From contig OZ024740.1 of the NCBI GenBank assembly GCA_964016885.1, positions 312,976,001 through 313,040,000 of the forward strand: a DNA stretch of 64,000 nucleotides, read 5' to 3'. The notes beneath the pieces were generated by a model. That model made no database searches. It was not told where the DNA came from and saw only the letters and a program-made list of their open reading frames with translations. The DNA is from Eledone cirrhosa. Its lineage: Eukaryota. Positions 1 to 14,018 of the stretch are shown here, one piece after another (position 1 is the stretch's first letter; every line of letters begins with the position of its first letter). Both the position numbers and the translations under genes were made by a program.

Positions 1-696
1 TAAACAATGTGTTCACAGGTATACAAAAAGAGGGAATAATCATGGCTGGATTACGTTTGAGTATAGGCAGGACTGTATTGCCATTAAGCCAATTAGGTAT
101 TACAAACAACCTGTTATTATATAATTGCCATAATCACCATCATCATCGTCATTTAACTCCCATTTTCCCTGCTAGCAAGAATTGGCCAGTTTGTCACAGA
201 TTGAGTCAGTACTCAAGTGGAGTTACTGACTTCCAAGATGGTCTAGGGGCTCTGCATCTCACATTTCCCCATTCTACCGGGTGCTTGAGCAGGCTAATGC
301 TCACATTTCACTTACAAAATATACCCATGTTGTTCCAAGTGATTTTAGCATAGCACCAGCACTAGGGAGGTGTGATGTCATTTATGTGGATGAAGAGTTT
401 TCCCAACCCTTTTTTTGACAGGTTTTCTACAGCTGGATGCCCTTTCTATCACCAACAACTTTACAGAGTGTACTGAATGTGTTTATCATGTAAACCACCA
501 ACATCAGGAAGGTTATATATATATATATATATATATATAGAACCTTCTTGGTGTTGGTGAACTAACTGTTGTGGAACTACTTCTACCAAACTCGTCCCAT
601 GGATTGAGTGCTCTACTATTATGGATATAACCCTCCAGTGTTATACAATTATATATATATATATGTATATATGTATACATACATACACACACACAT

Positions 697-748
<52 letters not shown>

Positions 749-814
749 GTGTATATATACAATATGTATGTATACATGTGTGTGTATATACATACACGTG
801 TTTGTTTGCCTTAC

Positions 815-945
815 ATCTTGGTAATAATTGGTATAATCCGATCAGACCAACTGAAGGTATTGTTGATCAACAAGAAATCCTCTCTTTTCATTGTAGCATA
901 TGTCATCATAAACATCACATTAGCAGCAGCTACTTCTTGTTTCTC
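815..945 (-). CDS. DNAH3: Axonemal dynein heavy chain (DNAH3-like), coding exon 14; gene continues beyond left edge
   Basis: ttatcag|GAG...AAGAT|gtaagg; EKQEVAAANVMFMMTYATMKREDFLLINNTFSWSDRIIPIITK; resembles the 'LNN.F.W' segment of the inner-arm DHC tail; starts phase 0. Confidence 0.85.
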
Positions 946-1119
946 CTGATAAGGTAAATATATATAAAAAGTTATAACAACAGACTAGACAATGAAGCAT
1001 TACATTTTGTATAGTTTTCGAAATCATGAATATAATAGATGAAGATGGTTGTAAACTCTCATTAGCAATGTTATTTTCACAGAGCAGAAATAAATATTTT
1101 TTTCTTCTTTCTGGAGATT

Positions 1120-1500
1120 AGATAATTCTGAATACAAGCGGCTGAAATAGGGTTTCCCCGAAGGGCCCTTGGAATAACGTTACTCGATAGTGTATCTCGG
1201 AGATCAGAGAGTCACTCCAGGTAGAGCTGCTACTTTTTCAAATTGAGAGATCACAGCTCTGTAACTAAGAGCATGTGGTTAGAATGTCCCATGAAAGAAC
1301 TGCTGGACAGATTTTACGGGCAAAACCAGCTGGTAGGAAACCAAGGCTAAACTCCGAGCAAGATGGATGGATAATATCTATGATTTTGGCTGGTCTCGCT
1401 TGGGGATCCAGCTGGATCAGTTGGAGATGGTTGCTTCTGACAAAACTTGCTGGAAAGAGTATTTGAGGACTCTGCCTCAACGACCCTCTCAGGAATAAGT
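1120..1500 (+). mobile_element. RTE LINE 3' fragment
   Basis: HVVRMSHERTAGQILRAKPAGRKPR, typical of the RTE C-terminus; frameshifted. Confidence 0.65.
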
Positions 1501-1509
1501 GGACGAAGA

Positions 1510-1652
1510 AGAAAAGAAAAAAGAAAAAAGAAAAAAGAAAAAAGAAAAAAGAAAAAAGAAAAAAGAAAAAAGAAAAAAGAAAAAAGAAAAAAGAAAAAAG
1601 AAAAAAGAAAAAAGAAAAAAAAACGAAAAAAGAAAAAAAAACGAAAAAAGAA
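1510..1652. repeat. (GAAAAAA)n tract at the end of an RTE fragment
   Basis: Direct 7-bp periodicity. Confidence 0.9.
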
Positions 1653-1859
1653 AATGAAATCTCATCACCCCGGTCACAAATCTGGGCACTGCCACCTGTA
1701 AGTCAGAAGAGCGGAAGATAACAAAATATCGGGACTTGACGGACTGTTTCATTTTTTTTAATGCTGGTTGCTATCAAAACCTCTGATGTCGTTTCTCGGA
1801 CAAAACAATAACCAAACAACAAAAAAGTCGTAAAAAAAAAACAACAAAGTTTAAACTAC

Positions 1860-2063
1860 CTTCAATGATAAGAGTTCTCCACAGCTGAGACCATCGATAT
1901 ATTTCTGTAAAGCCACAAGATCTGACGTAGTGGCTGCTTGTCTTGTAACTGTCTCCACTATCTGGTCGTACTGATTACAGATGGAACGATGGAAGAGCTG
2001 ACTGTCATTGACTACTTTATTGCTCAATATGCTCATTAACTGATCAGCTTGGTTGATGAGAAA
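1860..2063 (-). CDS. DNAH3: DNAH3-like coding exon 13
   Basis: ttgacag|TTT...TTGAAG|gtagtt; FLINQADQLMSIL...SICNQYDQIVETVTRQAATTSDLVALQKYI, close to my recollection of DNAH3 'SICNQYSHIADKV...NTKELVSL'. Confidence 0.9.
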
Positions 2064-5000
2064 CTGTCAATAGAAAAAACAAAACAAAAAAACTCACGAA
2101 TTAGTTTTTTTCTTTCTTATACGTATCATGTATTTCTGATGGCAAAGTGACAAAGGGGTATATATGCACAAATCAAACCCGGAGTAAATTCCACACTGTA
2201 TTTTAGTTAAAGCACTAGATTAACTGCTTTTTATCGTTGAAATGTATATCTTTCACCTACACACATATACACGCGTGCCTCTACTCTATATATATTCAGA
2301 CCTGTCAACTCTCCTCGTCCGACGGTGATATCTCACACCCACTTTAGGGTGGGTGAGAAATGTCATCTCTTGTGAAAATGGGTATAGCTTTCATTATGTA
2401 AAATCTCCCCATTTCACCCCCGTTTTGGGACACTTCTTTTCATGGTACTCCCTGTTTTAGTTTTTAAAGATTGGCAGGTCCTGTATATTATCTGTCTACT
2501 GTATCAAGCATGGTCTTGATATTCCAATAGGTGAGCTTCAATTTCTCTTTCTATCTACTGTATTTTACGTTGCTCCAGTTTGCTCAGCTGTAGAAATGAG
2601 TTGTGAGGTCGCCGGTGCCTTTGCTTTTCCCTTGGACAACATCGTTGATGTGGGGAGGGGAGATTGGTATGTATGGACCACTGCTGGTCTTCTACAAAGA
2701 CACTTTTACCTAGACTTGTTTCTCGGAGGGTAACATTCTAGGTGCATAACCCATATCATTTGTGACCGGGGGTGATCTTTTACACCTTCTGAGGCAGGTG
2801 TGTCTCTTTTAATTTTTGTAATCGTTCGACCACATTTGTTATGTGTTGGGTTGGGTTGGAAAATAAATTTTGGTTAAGCTACCATTTCTAGGCCCCACTC
2901 CGTGTGGAGAAAGCAGTGTTACCCAAACGAGGTCATCGTCTTCAGGTCGACATCAAGTGATTCCTACACCTAAACCGTCTACATGGAAAGCAATATTTAA
3001 GCCAGTTCATCTAGGGAATTCATGTTTTAACTATTTACATTGAAATATATACAGGCAAATCCTCCCCATCGCTGTATACTCATATGTGTGTACACACATA
3101 TTTACAACCTACTGAGTTGCAAGGGTATCATTTATAAACTTCTCTACATGTAGTACATCCAGAACGTGTTTGAATTCAGCAGCAAAAACTAACGAAACTT
3201 TCGTATAGGTACTGCTGTTATTACTTGGCAGAGTCATTAAAATGTTGGATAGAATGCTTTGCAGTATTCGTTTCGACTCTCTGCTCTTCCCGCTGCCAAG
3301 GTCAATTTTCCCTTTCATCCATTTGAGGTCGATAAAAGTACAGTACTGGGGTAGATTCTTCCTGTATACCTCTTTCTCACTTCCTTTCTCTGGAAAAAAA
3401 ATCTGCTGTGTTCAGATCTGGAGAGAAGATGGGCTCCGCCAGACTTTAAAATGCTCAAGAAACGCCTTATGACACTATGACGTCCCTACGACTCCTCCAG
3501 GAATTACGGTTCAACAAGTAGAAAAGAATGCCAAACTAATATATGACTTAATGTTATGCCAACATTGTGTTGTATATATGTGTTTCTTATTTCTAAAAAA
3601 AAAATCAGGATAATGAACTGGTAAATAGAGGCAGATATACAGATAAAAGTTAAGATACACTGCTCTAATGTTTTTTTTTAAATATATATTTCTTCCACCA
3701 ATATTGAGGTCAATTAAAAAAGTACCAGTTTAGTACTGAGATCAATTCTTCCTGTATATCTCTTTCTCACTTCCTTTCCCTTACTCTCTATCCTTCTCTG
3801 GAAGAAATCTACTATATTCAGACCTGGTGAGGAGATGGACTCCGCCAAGTTTTTAAAATGTCCTAAATACGCTGTATGTCATTACAACGCCCTCACGACT
3901 ATCAGGATTTTCGGGAAATATGACGGATAAGACGTTATTGCTTACAGTAATGTGTTGTATTATGTATATTCCTTATTTACAGCTAAATGGACTGGACCAT
4001 TGAGTGTAAGTATTCTGGTTATGTGTTCTCATTTCAATTGTTGGGAAAAACAAAATTGGCGACGAAAAAGAACTCTCCCAACATTTCGATTTCCTTTGAA
4101 GTATTTGGTTTGATTTTTGACTGTCATTTGTGACGAGTAGATTAAAATTGTTTAAAATGATTTTCTGTGGTAGTTGCGACCTATGTTGAGATTGGCGTAA
4201 AAGTTCGTTTTTGTAACGCTTCTGATTAATATGTGTCGTGCCTTGTTTATGTCCTAATGTGCCAAGGTAATTGAACAAGGAACAGTAATTTACAAATTTC
4301 TATTTCGACACAATGAAGCACACTAAACTGTTGAGAGTGATGGAAAGGAAGTGAGAAAGAGATATACAGGAAGCGAGGATGTAACAATAAGAGGGGTTGC
4401 CCAGTACTCCTCGCGACACTGCTGTCTTTTGCTCTGGTGTTGGCTCGGTTGTTCACCCCTTCCTTTACATTTTCTTCAATATTGCAACATAAAGGAATAT
4501 ATCCTTCTGAATGAATCGCGAGCAATTTATAATGTTATCTAAGCATTTGTAATGTTATTTAAACATATTTGTTATGTTATTCTACTGTAAATTTATTTAT
4601 ATGCTTTGTATATATTTTCACTCCCATTTGCTAAAGACAACTGAGATCTTACAGGAAAAACTAAGAAGGTTTTAAAAAAATAAAATTGATACATTTTTTT
4701 TTGTAAAAAATAACACTGCAAGAATTCTGTACTGAAACCGTCAGACTATTCTTCGAACCTTTTGGATAGAATTGTATATCCCTCTTTAGCTGAAGCATAA
4801 TATATAGGCAAAAATCACGAGCAAACTTGAAACACGTGATTGTGATATGATTGGCTGTCGTTGAATAATTAAACAATTACACAACACTTGTTAGATAACA
4901 CCCAATACGAGTTAAATATACGACAATATGTCTCGTCCAGGCGTTTTTTTTTTTTTTAAAAGATTATTTAGTCTTTTATTCACAGTTGTATAAATACCAT

Positions 5001-5877
5001 TACAAATATGTTTTAAATATATACATAAATTGCTCGTAATTCGTTCAGAAGAACATTACAAATATGTCATTGGTAAACACAAATATACACGCATAAAAGA
5101 GAGAGAAAAGGGGAAAGTAAAAAGAAAAAAAAAACGACCATCAATTCCCCCACCAAGTGCGACAATCTGTTGGGTAAACTGAACAATTGACTTACTGAAA
5201 AACCAAAAAATTCAACTGAAAAAGGCGTCCTTATTTCTAAAGCCAAATTTAATTTCAACCCCGAACTTACTTTTCCGTTTGTAAATGTACCAATCTATTG
5301 TTACCCTCTCTATTCTACCATTAATATATATTCAGGAAAATAACTTTTCTCATTGGATGTTGCCGCATTTGTCAAATTCGAGCCATAAATTTCACTGGAG
5401 TTACCTTAAATTGACTTTCAGTATAATCAGTCTGTCTATTTTGCCAGTATCATTATTTACGACACACCACCCAAGTTTATATACAGTTTTTCGTTTGTCT
5501 TACGTGTAACTGAATCTATCTGTGAATGAATTTAAATGCGGATTAGATGATTTAAGAAACATTTCACTGAAATGTCAAGAAACAGACGTTGGGGTGTATA
5601 TATGAAATGTCAGCATAAATAAAATTAACGAGTTTGTTACTGGAATACATTCTCCTGTTGCTATGTAAATGTTGTTAAACATGTAATTGTTGGAAATATA
5701 AGGCCCAGCTCATGAATATATATTAAGAATCAGAGGACCAATGCTGAATATATTAAGGACCAGTGCTGAATATATTAAGAATTAGAGGACCACTTTCGTG
5801 GTTGGAAAGTTAACTTCTTATTGTAGCAACACAACTGATATAAGAAATGCATTGTATGTATGCTTGTGTGTACACAC

Positions 5878-6127
5878 GCACATGGCTGAGTGGTTAGAGA
5901 ATTAGATTCGCAGTCGTGAGGTTGTGAGTTCGATTCCCGGACCAGGCGATGCGTTATGTCCTTGAGCAAGACACTTTATTTCTCGTTGTTCCTTCGACTT
6001 GGAGTTGCAATCGATAGATAGTATTAGCAATTGAAAAGAACAATGGAAACATTGTTTCCTCAGTCCGATTTGACGAGCTCCACCCAATTCGTTAAGCGAA
6101 TGACATCTGAGATCTTGTCGATCGACT
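5878..6127 (+). mobile_element. tRNA-derived CORE-like SINE, family C
   Basis: TGGCTGAGTGGTT A-box, GTTCGATTCCC B-box, TCCTTGAGCAAGACACTTTA CORE-like segment; other copies at about 24460-24725, 31485-31682, 32037-32266, 44900-45130, 59213-59420 and 60195-60390. Confidence 0.75.
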
Positions 6128-6340
6128 GTATATTTACTATAGAAAGGGCTTCTACTGTTTCATTCGGGATACCTTACTTACTGTGGTTACCCCCGATTGA
6201 ACCTGGGATAAACTTATATATATATATAGGCAAAGACAACAGAAAAACAAACGAAACACAGAGTCCTCTGTCAATCGATGGAGTTACGTTGTTTCGGTTT
6301 TATGTATATATATATATATACACACACATATATATATATA

Positions 6341-6836
6341 CTAGCAGTGGTACCCGGCATTGCACGGGATAAGGTATTTTGGAACGCGGGCCGCCAACAG
6401 ACCTAATCGTGGAAAAACTGCATGCCTGGACAATATGTAAAGAAAATAAACTGAATGCTCTGATGGCTGGATAATCTTTAAGATTTTCTCGATGAAGCAG
6501 GAAAAATGCAGGTTTTCACCTAATGCGGGCCCTAGGATATCAAGAAAATGAATTTTTTTTTTATGTGCATAATATGCCTTGAAATTTCGGGAAAATCGGC
6601 TAGACGTAACGCCTCAAAAAAAGCCCTAAAAAGCTGGAAAAAAAACGCAGTTTTTCACCTAATGCGGGCTCTAGGGGATCAAAGAGTTGAATTTTAAAGT
6701 GCATAACACTCCCTGAAACATAAGTAATACACATGTAAAGTTTGGTAAAAATCGGTTGGGTACTTCTCGAGTTTTAGGGATTCAAACTCACAGACACACA
6801 CACACAGACAGACATCCTCAGTTTTATATATATAGA
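6341..6836 (-). mobile_element. Non-autonomous Helitron
   Basis: 5' TCTATATATATAAAACTGAGGATG; 3' CCGTGCAATGCCGGG hairpin and CTAG; second copy at 52759-53175. Confidence 0.85.
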
Positions 6837-8930
6837 TATACACACACACACGGTGTATTATCATGGTTGGTTAGAATGAAAAACAAAACAAAAACAAAGC
6901 AAAAACAAAAAAAAAAAAACAGACTAACAGAAATACTTAAATATTTAAAAAGTTGGTTGGAATCAACAAGGGGATGTTCGCCATTAATAAAAAAAAAACA
7001 TTAAGAATTCCATGACGAAGTTGTGTATCACTGTCAACTACACTTCAATTTTCTCTGGATCACTCAAAAGTAGAACTAGGAACAAGATTCACAAATCGTA
7101 TCTAGATATTACGAGAAGCAGACAAAGAGACAGAGATGTGCTGTTTTATTCTGGCAGAAATTCACGAACTGAAACACTTGAAAAGTGTGCAAAGTTCAGA
7201 ACGGACAACACTAAAGAACCATTACTGCTACACAAGATACTTCAGTTGGTGTCTATCAATTTCCAGTTAATGGAAATGAATATCTAGTTACTGTGGTAAT
7301 ACACCAAGCTTACAGAAGTAATGTAACTGAATGATGAAACTAGGTTCACAGTAATAAATAAACTGAAATCAGGTTTTACTAGACGCAGAATTCCAGATAT
7401 TGACTGCAGAATTCAATGACAAAAATGTGGGTCTTTTAGAAAATTATATTCAGTCCGTGACTCTAACAATTGAATGGAAAAACTTAAAATGTATTGAAAA
7501 ATATGAAAACACTACAGGGAAGAGAACAAAGGTCCCTACAAGGCATTGCATAACCTGCGAAATACACCATTAAACAAGTCTAGTATGTCGTCTGCACAAC
7601 ACGATATAGGTCATCGTTTGTGATAAACACTGCCTACATCACATTAGTTACTATATCCTCCTCATACAGAAAGAATATCTTTTGTTCAGAATATTATCTT
7701 AGCTATCTAACATTCTGAGTGTCAAAAGTTGCTAAATATATGATTGGCATGCCAGCAAAGCAATCACATTATCGGAACCTGGTTACGGTGTACAATTACA
7801 ATTATATGAAAGAAATGGGGTTACTAACAACAGTCAAATATAGAAGTGATAAACCGAGATCGTATGTTGTTGAGACAACAACGAGAGAGAAATACAGAAA
7901 AATATTGATGGCACAGGACCGTCAGAAGGGATTGATAACACTGGTCAACAAAATTTTGCTTTTTTTCTGCTGAAAAGAGACAGCTTCTTGATGAATTTGG
8001 GGCTGTTGAGTTTAAAAATGACACTACTTTTTTCTATTACATCAATATTTCCTATGGCCAACAAGGAGGGTATACAAAATATTCGTTTTTCCCGAGCGAA
8101 AGTCAAACATGAAAACCTGATGTGTTAGGAAAAATGGATGCCATATTTGAAATAAGTACCTCAAAATTTGCTAAAAACAATAACAAAACCTAAGTCAGAA
8201 AAAATCAGTTAAAACAGGATTGCATATCTGTCCTATGAACCCAACCACGAAGCACTAACTATGCCAGACATAGATGAGAGGCCACCTTCAAGTGAGCAGC
8301 TTTCAGAAGCTGGCAAGACAAATAACGTTTAGTGACAAATAACTTTTATTCACAATTGTATAAATAACATTTATACATGTTTATAATTCTTACAGAATAA
8401 AAATATAAACACAAATAATATATATACAATATTTAATTACATAAATATTCCACATTAAAATATAAATTCAAAACAAATGAATATATATTACTAGCAGAAT
8501 GGCCCGGCGTTACTCGGGATTTGCTCTAGGGTTCTTATATATTTGCTATATATTTATCCTTATTGAGCCTCGTGAAATAAATAGTTTATTTATATTTTGT
8601 TATTGTGTATGCAAAAAATCTGTACACGAATATATAATTATATCTATATCTCCTTATAATATATAACCAGCAATTTCTCTGTCTGTCTGTCCGACAGTGG
8701 AAACAAGTGCGCGCGTGGTTGCTATCTCTCTCTCCAGCTATCCCTCTCTTTTAGTCTGTCTGTTTCTCTCACTCTCACTCTTTCTATTTGTAACACACTA
8801 ACATTCCTCCCCTCTATCGCTGTGACGAATGGGGAGATGGAGGAGGAGGAGGAGGAGAGAGTCACTTCGTCACTTCACCTCTGCCTTTCTTTCTCTCCCT
8901 TCTCACTCCCTCATTACGTACAGACATTAG

Positions 8931-9122
8931 GGCGGTGGATTGGCAGAATCTGTAGAGAGTCGGACACCATGCTTAATAGCATGGAGTTACGTCCCTTTAC
9001 GGTCTGAGTTCAAATACCGCCGAGGTTAACTTTGCCTTTCATCCTCACGGGGTCGATACAATAAAGTACCAGTAATGTACTGGTTAATTGCTGGCCTTGT
9101 GCCAAAAGTAGAAACAATTATT
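8931..9122 (+). mobile_element. tRNA-derived SINE, family A
   Basis: GGTGGATTGGCAG head, GAGTTCAAAT B-box, central GCCTTTCATCC..GGGGTCGATA..AAAGTACCAG, tail GGCCTTGTGCCAAAAGTAGAAAC(AAT)n. Confidence 0.85.
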
Positions 9123-9239
9123 AGAAACATTGCTTCATTTTTACATATCTAAGCATTAGTAAAATAACTAATAATTTCAAAAGTAATTTTTCAATTCCAA
9201 TTGTTATGAACAGCAAAACATTAATAATAATTTTGTTCT

Positions 9240-9389
9240 AAGAAATATATATACATTTCTGTGGGTGTAATATATATATATATACACACACACAGAAATA
9301 TATATATATACACACAGAAATATATATACATTTCTGTGTGTGTAATATATATATACACACAGAAATATATATACATTTCTGTGTGTGTA

Positions 9390-9426
<37 letters not shown>

Positions 9427-9464
9427 CACACATACAGAAATATATATACATTTCTGTGTGTGTA

Positions 9465-9499
<35 letters not shown>

Positions 9500-9510
9500 G
9501 AAATATATGA
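9240..9510. repeat. Tandem array of self-complementary units with (TA)n spacers
   Basis: CACACAGAAATATATATACATTTCTGTGTG repeated about 4-5 times. Confidence 0.85.
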
Positions 9511-9631
9511 GCATTTCTCTGTTTGTCTGTCTGTCTGTCTGTTTGTCCTTCCCTAAAACTCAAATGTAGGTGCTACAGAAATATTACCTTCCCCTTCCTT
9601 TCTCCACTTTGGTACTACCAAGAGAAACACT

Positions 9632-9711
9632 GTTGCTATAGAAACATTACCTTCCCCTCTCCACTGACTTTGGTCACTGAGGCCGAGGGAATCGCTGGTT
9701 GCTATAGAGAC
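9632..9711. promoter_or_regulatory. Pair of intronic X-box (RFX) motifs
   Basis: GTTGCTATAGAAAC at 9632-9645 and GTTGCTATAGAGAC at 9698-9711. Confidence 0.35.
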
Positions 9712-10036
9712 ACCTTGCACAAGCCAGAAGTAACCAGTTCGAGGCGGTTCTGACTTGACACCATGCCAAGGACCATTTGAAGATATATTTCCATCGTTAT
9801 ATCATAACGTTTATATTTCCGTTACTAATCTCTTTTTCTCCTTTTTCGTTTTAACATATATTTATTTCAAAGATTTCACCGTATAGATAACATATATATT
9901 TATACATGCATAAAAGACACACCGAGAGACGGTGATCAGGTGGTGCCGAAAACATTTCTCATCCAAATCTCAACAATATCAGTATATACACTAGATTTGC
10001 TAGCAGAAAACCGCCCACCGGGTGGTTTTCTGCTAG

Positions 10037-10403
10037 TCTATATATCTAAAACAGAGAATGTCTGTCTGGCTGTCAGCTCACTAAAACTTGAGAACCACCC
10101 ATCCGATTGTTTTCAAACTTTACACATGTAATACTTATGGTCCTGTGAGTGTTTTGAGCAAAGAATATTTCAAATTTACAATGCCCTAGGGACCGCATTA
10201 GGCGATTTAGCGATCTCTCTCTATAATTCTTAGTCTTTCTTTTTAGATAGATACATAGATATAACGTTGCGCCCTTATAATATCTGTCTGTATGCCTGGC
10301 TGTCTGCATTACGTCATTATGACGCGTTCAGTGTGTGTGTGTGTATATATATGTATCGTAATGCAGACAGCAAGACATATAGCTTTCCTTCCCCTCTTCC
10401 AGC

Positions 10404-10438
<35 letters not shown>

Positions 10439-11204
10439 CCGCTATCCCCCTCTTTTAGTCTGTCTGTTTCTTTCACTCTCACTCTTTCTCTTTATAACTC
10501 ACTCACATTAATACTAAAGGGTTAAGGTATTGTTCTCAAAATAAATAATATTAAATCTATGACATTTTTATATTATGTGAGATAAAGCCTTTACCATGAA
10601 AATAATATAGTATATATAGAGTAATGTAAATGCTAAAGGGTTAATTCCATCAGACCATGTGAGAAAGTTTATAATCACTCACGCACACATACACACTCAC
10701 GCATGCAAACGCACACAAACTCACACACACACACACGCGCGCACGTACACACACGCAATAGTTATTCCACTGTCATGTATCTTTGACGCATACAACTCTC
10801 AAAAGACGGCGTCTGTCACTCTCTCTCCCTCCCGCTATCCCCCTCTTTTAGTCTGTCCGTGTCTTTCACTCTCACTCTTTCTCTCTCTAACTCGTTCACA
10901 TTTCTCCTCTCTATCGAAAAACGCTGTGACGAATGGGGAGAAGGAGGAGGAGGAGTAGAGAGCCACTTCTTCACTTCGCCTCTCCGTTTCTTTCTCTCCC
11001 CTCTCACTCCCTCATTATGTACAGACATTGGCCACTTCACTAATTCGATCCCTAGGTCAGAATATTTGAAATTTCTTTTGCTCAAAACACTTCCGGGGCT
11101 ATACGGGTTACATGTGTAAAGTTTGATAAACAAACGGTTGGGTACTTCTCGGGTTTTAGGGAAACAGACACACAGACAGACATCCTCTGTTTTATATATA
11201 TAGA
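10037..11204. mobile_element. Two Helitron 5' ends in inverted orientation bracketing microsatellite-rich sequence
   Basis: TCTATATATCTAAAACAGAGAATGTC at 10037 and its approximate reverse complement ending at 11204; about 150 bp inverted similarity. Confidence 0.6.
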
Positions 11205-11359
11205 TAATCATGATGTTTCAATAAAATTAGAATTCATGGAACCTTATAAATATAATGCGCAAAAATATACAATCAAAGCGAAAAAGCAGTGGATGTGAAA
11301 TTAATAAACTAATAAAATACAGAGCTGAATAAGTTTTGATGCTGACCAAAATAATCTAA

Positions 11360-12085
11360 TAATTGTTTCTACTTTGGCACAAGGCCAGCAATTATCCCAG
11401 TGTATTACTGGTACTTTATTTATCGACTCCGTAAGGATGAAAGGCAAAGTTAACCTCGACGGGATTTGAACTCAGACCATAAAGGGCCATAACTCTTTGC
11501 TGCAAAGCATGGCGTCCGACCCTCTACCGATAGGCCAGCCATTGGGGGGGGGGGGAGTCAATTAAATCGACCCCAGTGCGTGACTGGTACTTTATTTTAT
11601 CGACCCCGTAAGGATGAAAGGCAAATTTAATCTCGGCGGGATTTGAATTCAGATCATAAAGGGCCGAGTTCAAATCCCGCCGAGGTTAACTTTGCTTTTC
11701 ATTTTTACGAGGTCAATAAAATAAAGTACTAGTGACACACTGGGCTCGATTTAATCGACTTTCCCCTGCTCCCCAAATTATTGGCCTTGTGCCTAAATCA
11801 GAAATCATTATTTATTGTTACTGGCTTAGTGCCTAAATTAGAAAACCTTTTTTAAGGGTGATGGATTAGCAGTATCGGTAAAGCGTCGGATACCGGGCTT
11901 CACGACATAGTGACGGCCCTTTACGTTCTGAGTTAAAATCCCATTGAGGTCAGATTTGCCTTTCATATTTACGATGGACTATAAAATAAAATACCAGTAA
12001 CGCTCTGGGATCGATATAAACGACTCCCCCGCGCCCCCCCCCCCCAAATTATTGTTGACCTTGTGCCTAAATCAGAAACTATTAT
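11360..12085. mobile_element. Cluster of four family-A SINE pieces (two minus, two plus)
   Basis: Central domain seen four times; orientation switches at about 11665. Confidence 0.85.
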
Positions 12086-12759
12086 TGTTACTTATTGTTT
12101 ATTATCAACCAACCACACTCTGATAAAATACTCAGTGCAGATTTGCATCGCTATGGTGACTGATATGAGAAACTTTTCTTTGTTGGTCTGACATTTATGT
12201 CTATATAGCAAGACAGCAGTTGCAAAGTCATATTAAACACCACAGTAAGGTCAATATATGTCATATATATCACTACTCAAAGTTCAAAAGGTCACTTGTT
12301 AAAGTGATAAAGTTATATCGGTCACTAGAGTAAACTTTGATCTCTATTCACAAAGTTTTTAAAACGTTACACAATCTAAATATACTCTTAGTTCATCAAA
12401 TTATATAAACTTGAAAGAGTGTAGAGTAGTGTGAAGGTGAGACATGGAACATGAGTAGAGTAAGAAGAGGGCAATGTGAATGAACTGCTAATGAACGTGA
12501 TGAGTGGAATAAAGATTTAGATCTAAATGAGAAGTTAAATAGACGGAGTGTTAGAAAATTACTTTATTCACATTTGCATAAATAACATTAGAAATTGCTC
12601 ATAATTAATTCTTTCAAAATGAAAATATAAGTACATATAACAAATACAATTAACTATTGCTAGGTACCTCACAAATACAACACACCAATATATATGACCA
12701 GAGTGAGAGAAAGGAAAAAAAAAAGGAAACAAAGACAACCACCAAGTACGACGATCGGT

Positions 12760-13180
12760 CACACATCACAAGGGTCAAAGGCATATTTTGAGGCAAGCCA
12801 ATACGCTCGCAATGTTACCACGGGTGATGGCGAGGCTAAGGCGCTGAAACAACCAGGCGCCCACACGGGCATCACCTGACACATCAGTAAGACGAACCGC
12901 CAGCGATGATAAGAACTTCGCTGACAGCGGCCCAACTCCACCAAACGTCTCGAAAACCACAGGCTGGAAAAAATAATTGTTTGATAGTTTCCGGTATTTT
13001 CAGATTTGATTCCGTTCGGCAACGGAAGCAGTGACCCCCACATTTATCGCGGCATCTATGATGTGGGAGGGAGCAAAAGAGTCACTGACTGTGGCGTCCC
13101 AGATGAGACACCTGCTTTTACTCAGGGACAAAAGGTAAGGCCGTCTGGTCCTCTTCCCATCATTTCTGGATAATCCACAT
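12760..13180 (-). mobile_element. Non-LTR retrotransposon 3' fragment with restriction-like endonuclease (CRE-like)
   Basis: GLSRNDGKR / PDGLT / CLIWDATVSDSFAPSH / WLFQRLSLAITRGNIASVL, frameshifted. Confidence 0.75.
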
Positions 13181-13339
13181 ATAAACAGAAAAATGGGCAA
13201 TTGACTAGGGAAAGGAAAGTATGAGAGAGAAGAAAGTATGGGAGTACAATAACAAGAAAGATATAGACAGAACAGAGAAGAAATAGATTGGAGTATATAA
13301 TAGAGAAAACATACGAGAGCACAGTAGTGATTAGAGAGT

Positions 13340-14018
<679 letters not shown>

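Noticed and set aside
513-949. YI/HT/CV-repeat ORFs here and throughout the ORF track
   Set aside because: Translations of (TA)n and (CA)n microsatellites
5878-5950. tRNA gene (A and B boxes)
   Set aside because: Continues into a SINE body found in many copies; no convincing cloverleaf
7000-8330. Possible degenerate LINE endonuclease region; similar weak L1/Tx1-like remnants at about 4950-5700 and 40550-41560
   Set aside because: Too decayed to classify by eye; needs RepeatMasker or tblastn
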